Origin: Gracilinanus agilis
Lineage: Eukaryota
Assembly (NCBI RefSeq): GCF_016433145.1
Contig: NC_058131.1
Span: 557,251,395-557,315,394, forward strand
Length of the DNA stretch: 64,000 nt
Direction of reading: 5' to 3'
The position numbers and the translations under genes are program-made. Shown here piece after piece: positions 43,843 to 55,800 of this stretch (position 1 is the stretch's first letter; each line of letters begins with the position of its first letter). The notes below the pieces were generated by a model that was not told the origin of the DNA, did not search any database, and saw only the letters and a list, made by a program, of their open reading frames with translations.

Positions 43843-45442
43843 GAAACAGGCTCTAGTCTCAAGAAGCCTTGACTCATTTAGGGGAACATTCATTTAGTAT
43901 CCGTAAATGAATGGGTAATCTAATCAATGCTAAAAGAATTTTGCTGGAAAAAGATAGATCTGTCTCCTTCACTTTCCCATTCCATTGTCTAAAATTTCTA
44001 TTTAACAAGGAATCTCTTTCTCACATCTACTTCTACTATTGCTGTTCTGTACATGTCCTCTGAACCTTTACTGTTATCACAAGACAGGGTAAGATCTCAT
44101 TGCTCAAATGATCAAACTCTTCATTCTCACTTATTCAACAATGTATTAAGTACCTATCATGTATGAGTTATTATTATTCCTGCCCTCCCCCAGAGAAGCA
44201 CAGTGAATGAGCGGTTCACCTCTGCCTAAAAGGAATTTTCAAAGATAACTCCTTCACAAAAAACTCCAAAGCAAGTGGAATTCTAAAGACAGAGACTAAA
44301 ACTGGGGGAAGAGATATAGCACCTCCATCCCAGCTGGATATCTATGCTTTTCTGAGAATGTGTCTACCTCATTATTCTTGGGATTTTTCCTTTCTTCCCA
44401 AAGTTTTGGCTTCTGAAGCTTCATCTATGGCAGCTAGATGGCATAGTGGAGAAAATATTAGACTTGGAGCAAAGAAAACTTCTTACAAACTTACTAGCTC
44501 TGAGAGCCTAAGTTTCTGTTGTGAGAAAACACACCAAAGTTTGTAACAGGATCTCACCCAAAGAACCAGAGGTTCAGAACTCTGTTCAGTCCAGAGCATG
44601 AAAGTGTTTATTGAAAGATCTTTTAGGCAGTGAAATAGCCTAGGCTCATTAAATAGCTCCTAAGCAGTGGATCAGGGTTTGCATGTTTATTAAGGATTTG
44701 AGGGCTTGTCAACTCCCATTCTAGGGAAATCTCCATCTTTCCACAGAATAGTTTACCCTGGGTGTTCTGGGGCATTCTAGGCGGGAAATCCTGGGCAATG
44801 GACATAGAGGAGGAGGGAGGTGCAGATTGAGGGGTGTTTTGGAGTCTGACACACATCATAGGTGAATTTAAGGACACCAAAATGGGAATAAGGAGCATAT
44901 GCAAGTTAGAGTGATTCCCCTGGCCTGCCAGAGTCTTTATTTAGCATGTCATATGTTCCCTCCATTGTCCCACTTGCCATCATTTGTCAACTTAGGAGTC
45001 TCCCAACCCTCCTGGAATGCCTTTATCTAGGTGAGGAACATTGGGATGATACAGTATAGTGCAAGACCACTATAGGTGATTAATGTCCAATAGTACAGAA
45101 CTTAATCTAAGTACAGAACAATATAAGACCAGTACAGGTGATTAATAATACACAATAGCTAAATGATTAGTAATACAGATTTTTTAATTTATACTTAACT
45201 AGTGCTAACTGGTGAAAAATACAAGATTCCAGACCATGAGGGTCACTCCCCACTTCCATAATTTTGTCATCAATAAAATGGATTATGAGGATCCAATGAG
45301 ATCTGGAAAACACATTGTAAACTATAACCTGCTGTATAAATGTTACATATTTATATATGTTAGCTATTGTTATTCTCAAACTGTGCTGAGGACCATAGCT
45401 CCTGGCTTGGGAAGGAGGACTAGGTTAAAAATGTGGAGAGGA

Positions 45443-45638
45443 GGAGGCAGCTGGGTAGCTCAGTAGATTGAGAGCCAAGCCTAGAGAGGAGGTCCTAGGT
45501 TCAAATCTGACCTCAGACACTTCCCAGCTGTGTGACCCTGGGCAAGTCATTTAAGCCCCATTGCCTAGCCCTTACCACTCTTCTGCCTTAGAACCAATAC
45601 AACTGGTTCTAAGGCAGAAGGTAAAGATTTTTTTAAAA
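45443..45638 (+). mobile_element. Opossum-type SINE with a perfect 3' hairpin
   Basis: SINE head, 17-bp perfect stem at 45580-45596 / 45604-45620, TSD-like gtggagagg on both sides. Confidence 0.85.
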
Positions 45639-45654
45639 AAAGTGGAGAGGCATA

Positions 45655-45960
45655 GCAGCAATACTGTATGATGATCAACTGTGAATGACTTAGCTATTGT
45701 CAGTGATACAATGATCCAAGTCAGTCCCAAAGGACTCATGGTGAAAAACACCATCCACCTCCAGAGAAAGAACTAATGGAGTCTGAATGCAGACTGAAGC
45801 ATACCATATTTACTTTCTTCATTTTTTTGGTCTGAGTTTTCCAGAAAATGATTCATATGGAAACATATGACTACATGTGTAAAATTTATATTAAATTGCT
45901 TAACATTGGGGAGTGGAGAATGAGAGAATTTGGAACTCAAAATTTAAAAAAAAAAAAAAA
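45655..45960 (+). mobile_element. LINE-1 3'UTR fragment
   Basis: Homologous to the 1500-1750 L1 fragment (atggagtctgaatgcagactga). Confidence 0.65.
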
Positions 45961-46009
45961 AAGACAACCTCTGAATGTTAAAAATTGTTTAAAAATGTGA
46001 TGGGGAGGG

Positions 46010-46125
46010 GATGGGCAACTGGGTGGCTTAGTGGATTGAAAGCCAGGCCCAGAGATGGGAGGTCCTAGGTTTAAATCTGACCTCAGATACTTCCTAGCAA
46101 GTCACTTAACCCCCATTGCCTAAAA
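46010..46125 (+). mobile_element. Truncated opossum-type SINE
   Basis: SINE head and B box with an internal deletion. Confidence 0.7.
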
Positions 46126-49100
46126 AGAAAAGAAAGATGGAGGAAGGGAGGGAGGGGGGTAGGAAGAGATGATTCCTGGAACCTGTTTGTCACAGAAAGG
46201 AGGAAATGCTCCCCTTGGGCTAGGAATTCTTTTTCCTCTGCTTTTTTAGCATTTTTTGCCTTAGGAAAGGTCATTTCCATTTCGGGTGGGAGCTAGACTG
46301 TGGAAGTTAGCAGTACCTCAGTTTCTGCTTTCGGGTGACACTGTCTCATCCCTTATTTGCATTTTTTTCCTTCAGAGTTTTGCCCTCTAAAGCTGCTTTA
46401 AGTTTTCCACCTGAGGTGGAATGATTGTATGAGGGGGCTGGAGGTGGGTTGAGCTTGGAGCCAAGGTATAAGGAATGACTATGGGACAATATCATTGCTT
46501 AACTGTTTGTCTTGACAATAGGAATCTGAGAGACTAGATTTCAAAAATTGGCAGAAAAGAGTGCTGTCCCTTTTCCCATTCAAACCTGGATCTCTTTCCT
46601 CTGTAAAATGAGTGGGTTGGACGATTTTAATAGCTATAGTCTTTGACTGGTTTGTGGGCTTTATGGTCTGACTTAACCTCAGCTTAATTTTAGTAAGAAA
46701 TATATGAGCCTTCTCTATAGGGCTCTTTCTGGGGACTAGATTTCCTCCTGTATAAAACTAAATTGGACTAGATAATCCCTAGAGTCCCTTCCTGATACAT
46801 CCTGAAGTTGATTTGGGGAATGGGGATAATGCTACAGGCCCTTTTTCTTTCCCCAAAGAATCTAGTTCTATTGCTATTAAAGGTCCTTAAGAGGCCATCT
46901 AGTCCTACTTTACATTTGTGGAAAGTGAGATCAAAGACGGAGGAAAAAAATTTAAGTATCAAAGTAAGATTTGAAACCAGGTCCTCTGACTCCAAATTAA
47001 ATTCCCTTTTTATAATACAATACCTGTTCATTTCTGCCTTTACCCCCAGGAATCTGCCTTCTTGCATGTCGAATATGAAGAAACAACCTATCTTCTTGAG
47101 AGCTGGAACTGTTTCGTTTTTATTTTTGTATTTCCAAAGCCCAGCATAGAAACTGTCAGACAGTAGGTGTTAATAGGGCAGCTTAGTGGAGCTGAAGGTA
47201 GAACCTTGGAGCCACATTCAGAAAGACTTAAGTTTAAATTCAGTTCTAGGCCTTTCTACCTTCGTGGCCCTGGGGAAAAAAATCACTTAACTTTAGTTTT
47301 GGTATCTGTGAAATGGGAATTACAATGGGGATAATAATAGCACCTATATCCCAGAGTTATTACAAGGATCCAGTGAAATAGTAATCATAAAGTGCTTAGC
47401 ACTGTGTCTGGCACATAGTGCTTTGTAAATGTTAGCTATTATTATTATTATTAATGTTTGCTATGGGTTGGTTATTCAGTTGTTTTCAGCCATATTGGAT
47501 TCTTCTTGACTCCATTTAGGATTTTCTTGGCAGAAAGTGATAAGTAGTAACTTCCCAGTGAGTGGTTTGCCATGTCCTTCTCCAGCCCATTTTACAGATA
47601 AAGAAACTGAGGCAAACAGAAATAAATCATGTGCCCAGAATCACAAAGCTAGTAAATGTTAGAGGCCAGATTTAAACTCAGGAAGATGAATCTTCCTGAC
47701 TCCAGGCCTGGCATTTTATCCACTATACCACCAAGCAGCCCTGATTAATTGATGACTAGGAGCTAAGATTCCTTTAAATAGGAAGCTATCAAAAGCTTTT
47801 CCTCTGGAGGATGTGAGAGGATAGGTAGGCTCCTAGTAGATTCCTTCTCACTCTCTTCTTCCACAGCATTGTATCTTCCCTCCTCAAATGAGGGTGCTTT
47901 TTTTTTCAGGCTGAAATTTGTGATGTTATAACCCTAACCCAGATACAAAAATTCCTGAGCTTCTCAGTCAAAACTGCATTAATGAGAAGTTCTCTTTGTC
48001 CTCATAACAAGGTCCAAAGGGCAGGTCTCTTTATAGAAAGATTCTATAGACTCGTAAAATTGATAAGAGATTTCTTCCATAAATATGTGATAAGTGGTAC
48101 TTTAGAGTGGAACAAAGAGCAATGGAAAGCAGATTACTTTTGCCTGAGGTAGCAGGCCAGTTTTCAAGGAGGAGGAGATGACAATTCAACAGTTGAAGAT
48201 CAGCTTCAACAATTAAATGAATTAACATTTACTGGATATCTTATAAATGCAACTGTGTACATGTGTATCAAGTAAGGGGACCAAAATGCAGTAGCAGCAG
48301 CAGAAATGACATTGTATAACATGGCCCTACAGTAAGCAGGAGAACTTTCCAATCTCAGGAAGCTGCCACTGAGGAGTTAATATTCCAGTTCAGACAAGCC
48401 AAAAGTTTCTGATAAGTTAAAAACAAAAACTGAGCAGGGTTTATTAATACAAGATCATAATAAGACATTCTAAAATATACCAAATGTTACAGAAAGGAAA
48501 TGATAAAAGCATTCAGAGGAATAGGATGGGAAAAGTTAGTTGCAAATAAAGTTTACCATAGAGGATTTAGTTAGTGTTGGAGGTGGCTCAAGATTGGGGA
48601 ACATTTGAACAGGTGGAAAGGAATAAGGACATTCTAGATAGGAAGACTATAAACAAAGGCACAGAAACCATAAACTGTAAGACCTCTTTATACCAATCTG
48701 ACCCAATTTAGGACAACTTTGCCTTAAAAAGAACAGTGCTGTATTAAGAACCCTTTATCTGTATAGCAGTTTTAGCTTTTGGAATCTGTACCATTAAAGT
48801 GTGGTTATAAAGATTAGCCTTCTCCTTATCTGGATTAGTTTACTTAAGAAGACTTAAGAAGAAAGAAAATAGACCTAAGGAAAACTAAATTCAGTAATGT
48901 CAAACAAATGGAGATGATTCCCAGCAGGCTACATATTGACTTAGAAAGCCACAAGTAAGCATTATATTGTATTTTTATTTATTTTGTTAAACATTTCTCA
49001 ATTACATATTAATCTGTTTTTGTGCTGAGGACTTTTGATGGCCTCTTGTGGCCAGGGAGAGTTTGATCTCTCTGGACTAGATAATCCAAAAGATCTCTTC

Positions 49101-51399
49101 CAATTCTAGCATTTTAAGATTCCATTCCACTCTATTCAACACATATTTAAAAACTGCTTACTAATTAAATGTAAGGTACATAGGCACTGGAGAGATACAA
49201 ATACAATGTAACAGTCTATCCTTCTAGGATTTAATATTCTACTAGATTCTGTCATTCAGGGACCTGCAAGATTGAGAGTGGGGGTGGGCTGGGGAGGGGA
49301 TGAAGTAAAGAGCTACAAGGCCAGACTCCTATCATTGGTAAAGCAATGAAAGATGAGTTGGAAAACGAGTAGACTGTGCATTTGGTGGGAAGCATAATGA
49401 AAGTACACTTTCCTGATCCATGAGGAAGTAGCTATGATGCTTTCCACGTATCTCCTTCCTCTCTTGTAGCTTCCATTACATTCATTCCAGACACACTGAT
49501 TACTTCCTGCTTTTTGTGAGATTTTGCTGTCACCAGATCCCACTTGCTATCATTTCTTGTCTCCTGAAGCAAGAGAAAATAAAAATAACACACCCAATGT
49601 CCATTCTTAATTACTTTCCTCCTAGCACTCCTAGATGTGACTGAGTGTGCACATGTGTATCCAGTGAGGGCATTAAAATGCCACTGCAGCAGCAGAAATG
49701 ACATTGTAGAACATGGCCTCGAAGTAGGCAGAACTTTCTGATCTCCGGAAGCTATTTTTGCAATGAGACTTTGCCCGATTTGGGGCTCTGTTACCTCATG
49801 GCCCACTATTTGTGCCAGGTCTCTTCCTGTTATCTGTTGGGGATTCCTCCAGGCTGGAGATATATTTTGGTGTGTTTCCTGGAGTATAACTTTTGAGATC
49901 AAGGCTTTTTGGGATATCTTCCAACCTTTATCCCCTTCTCCCATGCAAGTTGTGGCTTAGGCAGGGATCTAAAACTCTTAAACAGGGCAATAGAAGTGAG
50001 GCATATGATAGAAAAAGCGCCTGGAATAGGGATTGGTGAGGCAAGATTTGAAAAGAAAACCTTGATATCTAGGGGGAGCAGAATGTAAAGTGAGATCCCA
50101 GGTGAAGGGTTAAGGAATCCCTTCTCTAGAACCTATAATCTAAAAAACCTTAGAGGACCACTTCTAGGAATATCAATGGCTCATAGGAGCTATGATCTCT
50201 GAGGACACTCTCTCTACACTGAGTTTGAAATAGTGGACTACTAAGACCCTGTCCTTCTCTGTCTCTTGTTGTTCCTTTTCTGTTTTGAGAAAGGAGATGA
50301 GGGAGTGTGTGGTGAGCAGACAGTGCTTCAAGAAAGAAGGGTAGTAAAAGGGTAATATAAGGTATAATTACCCTAATGAGAGTGATTGTTTGGTTCCTGA
50401 ATTCTGGCCAGAAGCTAGAGACTTCCCAGAGAAGTGGTTTCTAATTACCTCTTGTAGGAAGGAGTCTGGGTGGTAAACTCACTGGAGAAGATGTCACAAA
50501 TGTCTTGACATTTTCAATATTCTATTCCTGCCAATATGCTAAGCCAAGTGCTTCCTTTGAAGGGAGAAAAGAGAGACTGATATAGGCCAAACAGTGAGAG
50601 GAATGAGAATAGATAAAGTGCCTAGTGGCTATGGAGAAATAAAGAGAGATATGATTTGACAAATTGTATTCAGGGACTAGCATAAAGATAGGAATGGACA
50701 AAAGAGAAAGGAATGGAAGTGAAAATAAGGGTAGAAACAAAGAAAGGACAGGCCCAGGAACCGGCTGAGAATGGGTATAGAGACAGAGGGGATAGACAGG
50801 ATTGTACCCAGAAGTATCAGCAATGGCATAAGGCAAAAGTACAATTTTGGGTCCAGGAAAGGGAAATGGTGTTCTGGGCGATGAGATTAGAGAAAACAAA
50901 GGCTTATTAAGGTGGAGGTTTCATGGAATATGTTTTAGGAGTTGTGAAGGATAAGTTTTAATCAACAAGTAACTAAGCAGGTGTGAATCATTGTGGGTGA
51001 GGATATCAGAGCATGGATAAAACTGGTACTTCCAATGAAGGAACTCTAATTCTAGGGCATAGTCCTCTCTCCAGAATTATGAATCAAAACCAAAACCAAT
51101 ACCTAGTATTTCATGATTTTCCATTCACACACATCTCCTACCATTACATGTTTTTCATGTTTCAAATTCTGTAAAGACATAGACATCCTGGCCTCCAGAC
51201 CTCTCGACATTTTCCTATTCTTATCCTACATAGTCTGGCTATGGATCCTAGAATTCTTAGTCTCCCTGGCCCTCCCCCCACCCCTTTACACCCACAACCC
51301 TTTATACCATTAGGATGTGCATCTTGTCATAGTTGTGGAGTATTATGTGTGGGTAGTCTGCTTTGTGGGACCCTTCCCCCCTTTCCTATCTCATAGGAG

Positions 51400-52088
51400 A
51401 GCGCTCACTCCCAGTTTCCTTTGCGGGATCTTCATCTAGTTCACACCTACTAATTACTAACTATGGACGTCCCCGAGGATCTATCCTGGGGCCCTTTTCT
51501 CTTTTCTCTCCATACTATCACCTTCGGTGATCTCAGCTCCCAGGGATTTAATTGTTATGTCTATGAGGGTCATTCTTAGATCTCTGGATCCAATTCTAGT
51601 CTCTCTGGTACTCCAGTCCAGCCTCACCCAAAGTTTGAGGAAGCTGGACTCATTATCTTTACCCTCACAAACTTCCCTCTTACCAACTTTCCTATGATTG
51701 TGGAGGGCACTATCATTCTTCACCCAGGCTGGAATCACTTGTGTGCACCCCATATATCTAATCTATCGGGGAGTCTCATCTACCTTCACAACCTTACTCT
51801 TATACAACCCCTTCTCTTCATTCATTTAGGCACTACCTACGGAGAGAACCTCATCTCCTCACCTATATTATTGCAACAGCCTTTGGGGTTGGCACCTTGC
51901 TTCCAGTCTTTTCCCTACTCCAATACATTCATTCCCCTCCCCTTCCCTATACCAGAGCCTTCTCTCTGCGATTATCTTTTCCTTTACATTACGTGTATCT
52001 TAAAAGGGATGGACCTTATTTTTGCCTCAGTTGTTTAACCTGGTGTTTGGCATTTAGTAAATATTTAATAAATGCTTGTTGACTGACA
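51400..52088 (+). mobile_element. LINE-2 3' portion
   Basis: RT motif remnant (GxPxGSILGP) at ~51465-51495 and the L2 tail taataaatgcttgttgactgac. Confidence 0.75.
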
Positions 52089-52639
52089 TGCCCATCTCTT
52101 ACAGGGCTAGTTATGATTTAGAGTTGGAAGGGACCTTAGAAGTCACTTAGTGCAATTCTCCCCTTTATTTTACAAATGAAAAAACTTGGGTGAATCCTGG
52201 TGACTTGCCCAAAGTCACTCTGGTAGTCACTAACAGAATGTGAGTGGTTTGTGATGCTCCACAGGGGCTGAATGTGGTCTAGGCATTGAGGCTGGACCCC
52301 AACAGGGAATGTTGACCTCTCCTGGGTGCTGGCCTGGCATAGGCCACCTCCCAGCTCTCTTTTAATGTTCAAATCTCATAAAAATGAATGCATGACAGAG
52401 CTATAAACTTTCTCCACTCAGGTTAAAAGGGAAAAGAGGTCTGCTGGCAGATTATTGCCCCGCAGGACAAAAAAGGGAAGCACTTTCTATTTCTTGAACC
52501 ATCTCGATAAAAGTTAATTCATTTATTCCTTCCAGGTTCTTCTCCCTTCCTCCCCTCCTCCCCTTCCAAACAAACACCGGGACGTTATACTTGGCCTAGT
52601 GATTGAATCAAGCTTGGTCTCCAAGGAGACCAGCCAGCT

Positions 52640-52800
52640 CTTGCGTTTGCAACAGCCATTGGCTGGGGACCTTACGGGCTGGGGCTTAAAGCCACGAGCG
52701 AGTGAGTTATGTGCAACTCCTAGCTGACTGGGGCATTCGGAGCTCAGTGGAGCGGAGCCGAGGAGAGTAGACAGAAGCCGAGTGGAGCAGGACACCACGA
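52640..52800 (+). promoter_or_regulatory. PNP proximal promoter/5'UTR
   Basis: Local CpG enrichment, inverted CCAAT (ATTGG 52658-52662) and TATA-like CTTAAAG (52685-52691) upstream of a Kozak ATG (gccATGG) at 52808. Confidence 0.55.
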
Positions 52801-52807
52801 GGGAGCC

Positions 52808-55800
52808 ATGGAGAATGAGTGAGTCAGCCCTTGAGCCCCCCAGGAAGACAGGGGAGGGGTTATAGGTGTCAGGGAGACCCGAGAGGCTGGATGGAAGGGA
52901 TCCAGGGGCAGAGAGGAGCCCTTTGAAGTCAGGGTGGAGCGCATGGCACGACCGAGGCCTGGCACTGGGCCCAGCAGCAAAGGGACAGATCCCTGAGGAA
53001 GATGTGGGGCTTTGTGCTCCCACCCTCTCTCTCCAGCATGTGGAGCTGGGGATGGGGAGATGCGGCTGGAGAGTCACGGATGGGGAAGGCGGGGGTTCTG
53101 ACCTGGGCAGGGAGCCTGGAAGCAGACCTTTAAATGTAGGAAGTTTAGCTTGGGGCCAGTCTCTGTCCAAAACAGGAGTTAACTGATTGAGTAACTTTAC
53201 CTGCTCCAACCCTGTGCCCAGGCACACCCATCCACACACCCTTCCCACCATTACGACCTTGCCTGTTCTCACCTCACCTCCCCGGGCATAAAATAAGTTC
53301 TGCTGGGGCCTTCACAGTGTCTAAAGACCCAGGGATCTCCATGTCCCCGTGGAGAAGAGGCTCCAGACTTCTCTGGGATGTATCCCGGGAAACTGACTGG
53401 GAGCAGGAGAGATCTTTTGGAGGGACAAAGATTTCATTTGTGTTTTTTGAGTCTAGGGGCCCGCTGGAAGGAAAGTGAGAGACAGGAACTTGGCTCCCTA
53501 AGAAATGGCACAGGAAATGGGTCTCTTGGACACCTTGGCAGCTGGACTAGAGGATCTCCCTGGATCTGAGAAACATGAAAAGCAATTCATTTACAAATGG
53601 GAAATCTGAGGGGTAGGAGTAGGTAGTGGGCTGCTGAGTCACATTTCTTCCGGCTCTTCTCCCCTCCACTGAATTTGAATGCCTGTGTGCCTCCTCCCTT
53701 CCTTTGGGACTTCTTAGTGGGATGGCTTTTTCTTTGAGAAGGAAATGAGTATTTTGGCGCCTGGGCCCCTGAGCTCTTGCCAAGGGGCTGCTCAGGGGTG
53801 ATGAATAACGTAGTGGAAAGTAGGATGGATTTGGAAGAGAAAATATGATCTATATCCTGATTTTGCTCTACCCTCTTGCTACCACTGAGAACTGCCTTGG
53901 TTTGTGCAGTGAGAAAGTGAAAGGCCCTTCCAGCCCTGAACTTGTGATACTATCATTCTCTGCCAGTTTCTGGGAGACTTTAGGATGTAGTGAATTATTT
54001 GAAACCCTCCACCCTTTCCTCTTCACATCGCTTTTGATGTACGGGCTTTTTTCTTCTTTCTCTATTTGGTTTCCTGATTTCTCTCTTCCAGCACCACTCC
54101 ATGGCCTTGGGGTTTCAGTCCTATCTTGCCCTTTCTGACCATTCTTTACTGTCTAGTTCCTTCCCAAAGCTATCAGGACTATGAAGTCATTGCTCCAGTT
54201 TCCTGGGTTCTAATTTTGAGTTCGATAATCCTTTGGAGACTTTGTTGGTTGTTGCTGCTTAGAGCACTTTCCCTCCTTTTCCTTTTCACCACTTCACCTT
54301 CTGTCATGGTCTGGAGAAGAAGATAGCGAGAAAGCAGAACTTGGAACTCGGACGCTTTCTAGAGTGTTACTGCCTTTAGAATGGTCCCTAAAACTTGAGA
54401 AGATATGAGGCTGCTTGCCCCTTCTTTGAGGGTTCATATGCTCCTAGATCTCAGGGTAGGCAGGGACCTCAGAAGCCACCTAATCTAGTTCAACCCCATG
54501 GTTTTACAAAAGGAAGAAACTTGGGGCCTAGAGAGGGTAAGTGACATGGCTGGCTGGTGTATGTGTGTGTCTGTGAAAGTAATACTTTTTGTGGTGGTGC
54601 TTCTTAAGGTTAACATTAGCTAAAGGGGGGACTCTCCAGGTCCAGGGGAAATGCATATCTGGCTTCTTCCGTCATTTTTTTTTTTTTAAAGGAAAGGAAG
54701 GAAGAATTGATGGGCACATAAATGATTAAAAAAAAAAAACTTGATTAGTGCTTTACCCACTTTCACATTAATATACCTTCAACCAATTTCTGTTGGGAAT
54801 TATGACAGATATTACAATCTTTATAATTGAAGAAAATGAGACAGTTTGAGTAATTTGCTGAACATCACTACAACTAGGAACCATAACTCGGATCCTGGTG
54901 CTCTTATAACCTCTGTGGACTCTAAATGACCAGGAACTTCTGTGTCTATTGGCAAGAGCTCTGATCCCCAGTGCTAAAACTCTCAATTCCTTCCCCAAGA
55001 CAAAGTCATCTTGATCTGGAGAGGTGGCCATGGGCGTTCTGAAATAACTGATTGGGAGAAGAGCTGAAGCAATAAGACTTGTTTCTGATCCCTCTACTTT
55101 CCCAGCCCTCACCTCCTCACTACTCATTTGTTAATGAATGCTTGATTCTGGAAGATTCCCTGATCTCTGCATATTAATTAGGCTCTCCTTTCTTTAATTT
55201 TCATTGCCCCTTTCAATTTAATGTCTTTTTTCTTTCCCAGGTTCAAGTATGAGGATTATAAGAAAACAGCTGAGTGGCTTTTAGCCCATACTGAACATCG
55301 GCCCCAAATAGCTGTGATCTGTGGTTCTGGATTGGGGGGTTTGGCAAATAGAGTGACCCAACTGCAGGCCTTTGACTACAGTGAGATACCCAACTTTCCT
55401 CAGAGCACAGGTACTGATTAAACTGATACTGAGCAGCAGAAAACTTGTTCTGGGAAACTGGGTGGGATATAGAGAAAAAAGTCCAAAGGTATGGGGAAAA
55501 AATGTTTTCATATAACTAGAGGCAAGTCCTTATGGTTCCAGTATTAGATTATTGTCTTCTAATCCTCTAATCTAAAAAGGTATCAAGAGACTTACAAATC
55601 ATCAAAATTAGGAGAGATCATTGCCAGGTTCTGGGGGGCATGGTTTGCTAAAACTCAGTTCCCAGGTGTCAGAAAACATTGCCACCAATGCAAGGCACAT
55701 ACAGGATATGTGGAAAAACCTTTCATGTTTTATGGAATAGACATATTTATTTCCATGTATATTTGACTTCTTGCTTAATGCACATATAAATCATGTTCCT

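Noticed and set aside
49432-49944. 170-aa minus-strand ORF
   Set aside because: No recognisable domain or splice context, and it overlaps a repeated segment. Likely chance.
52523-53272. 249-aa minus-strand ORF
   Set aside because: Antisense across the GC-rich PNP promoter and exon 1, low-complexity Pro/Ser/Leu content, no recognisable domain.
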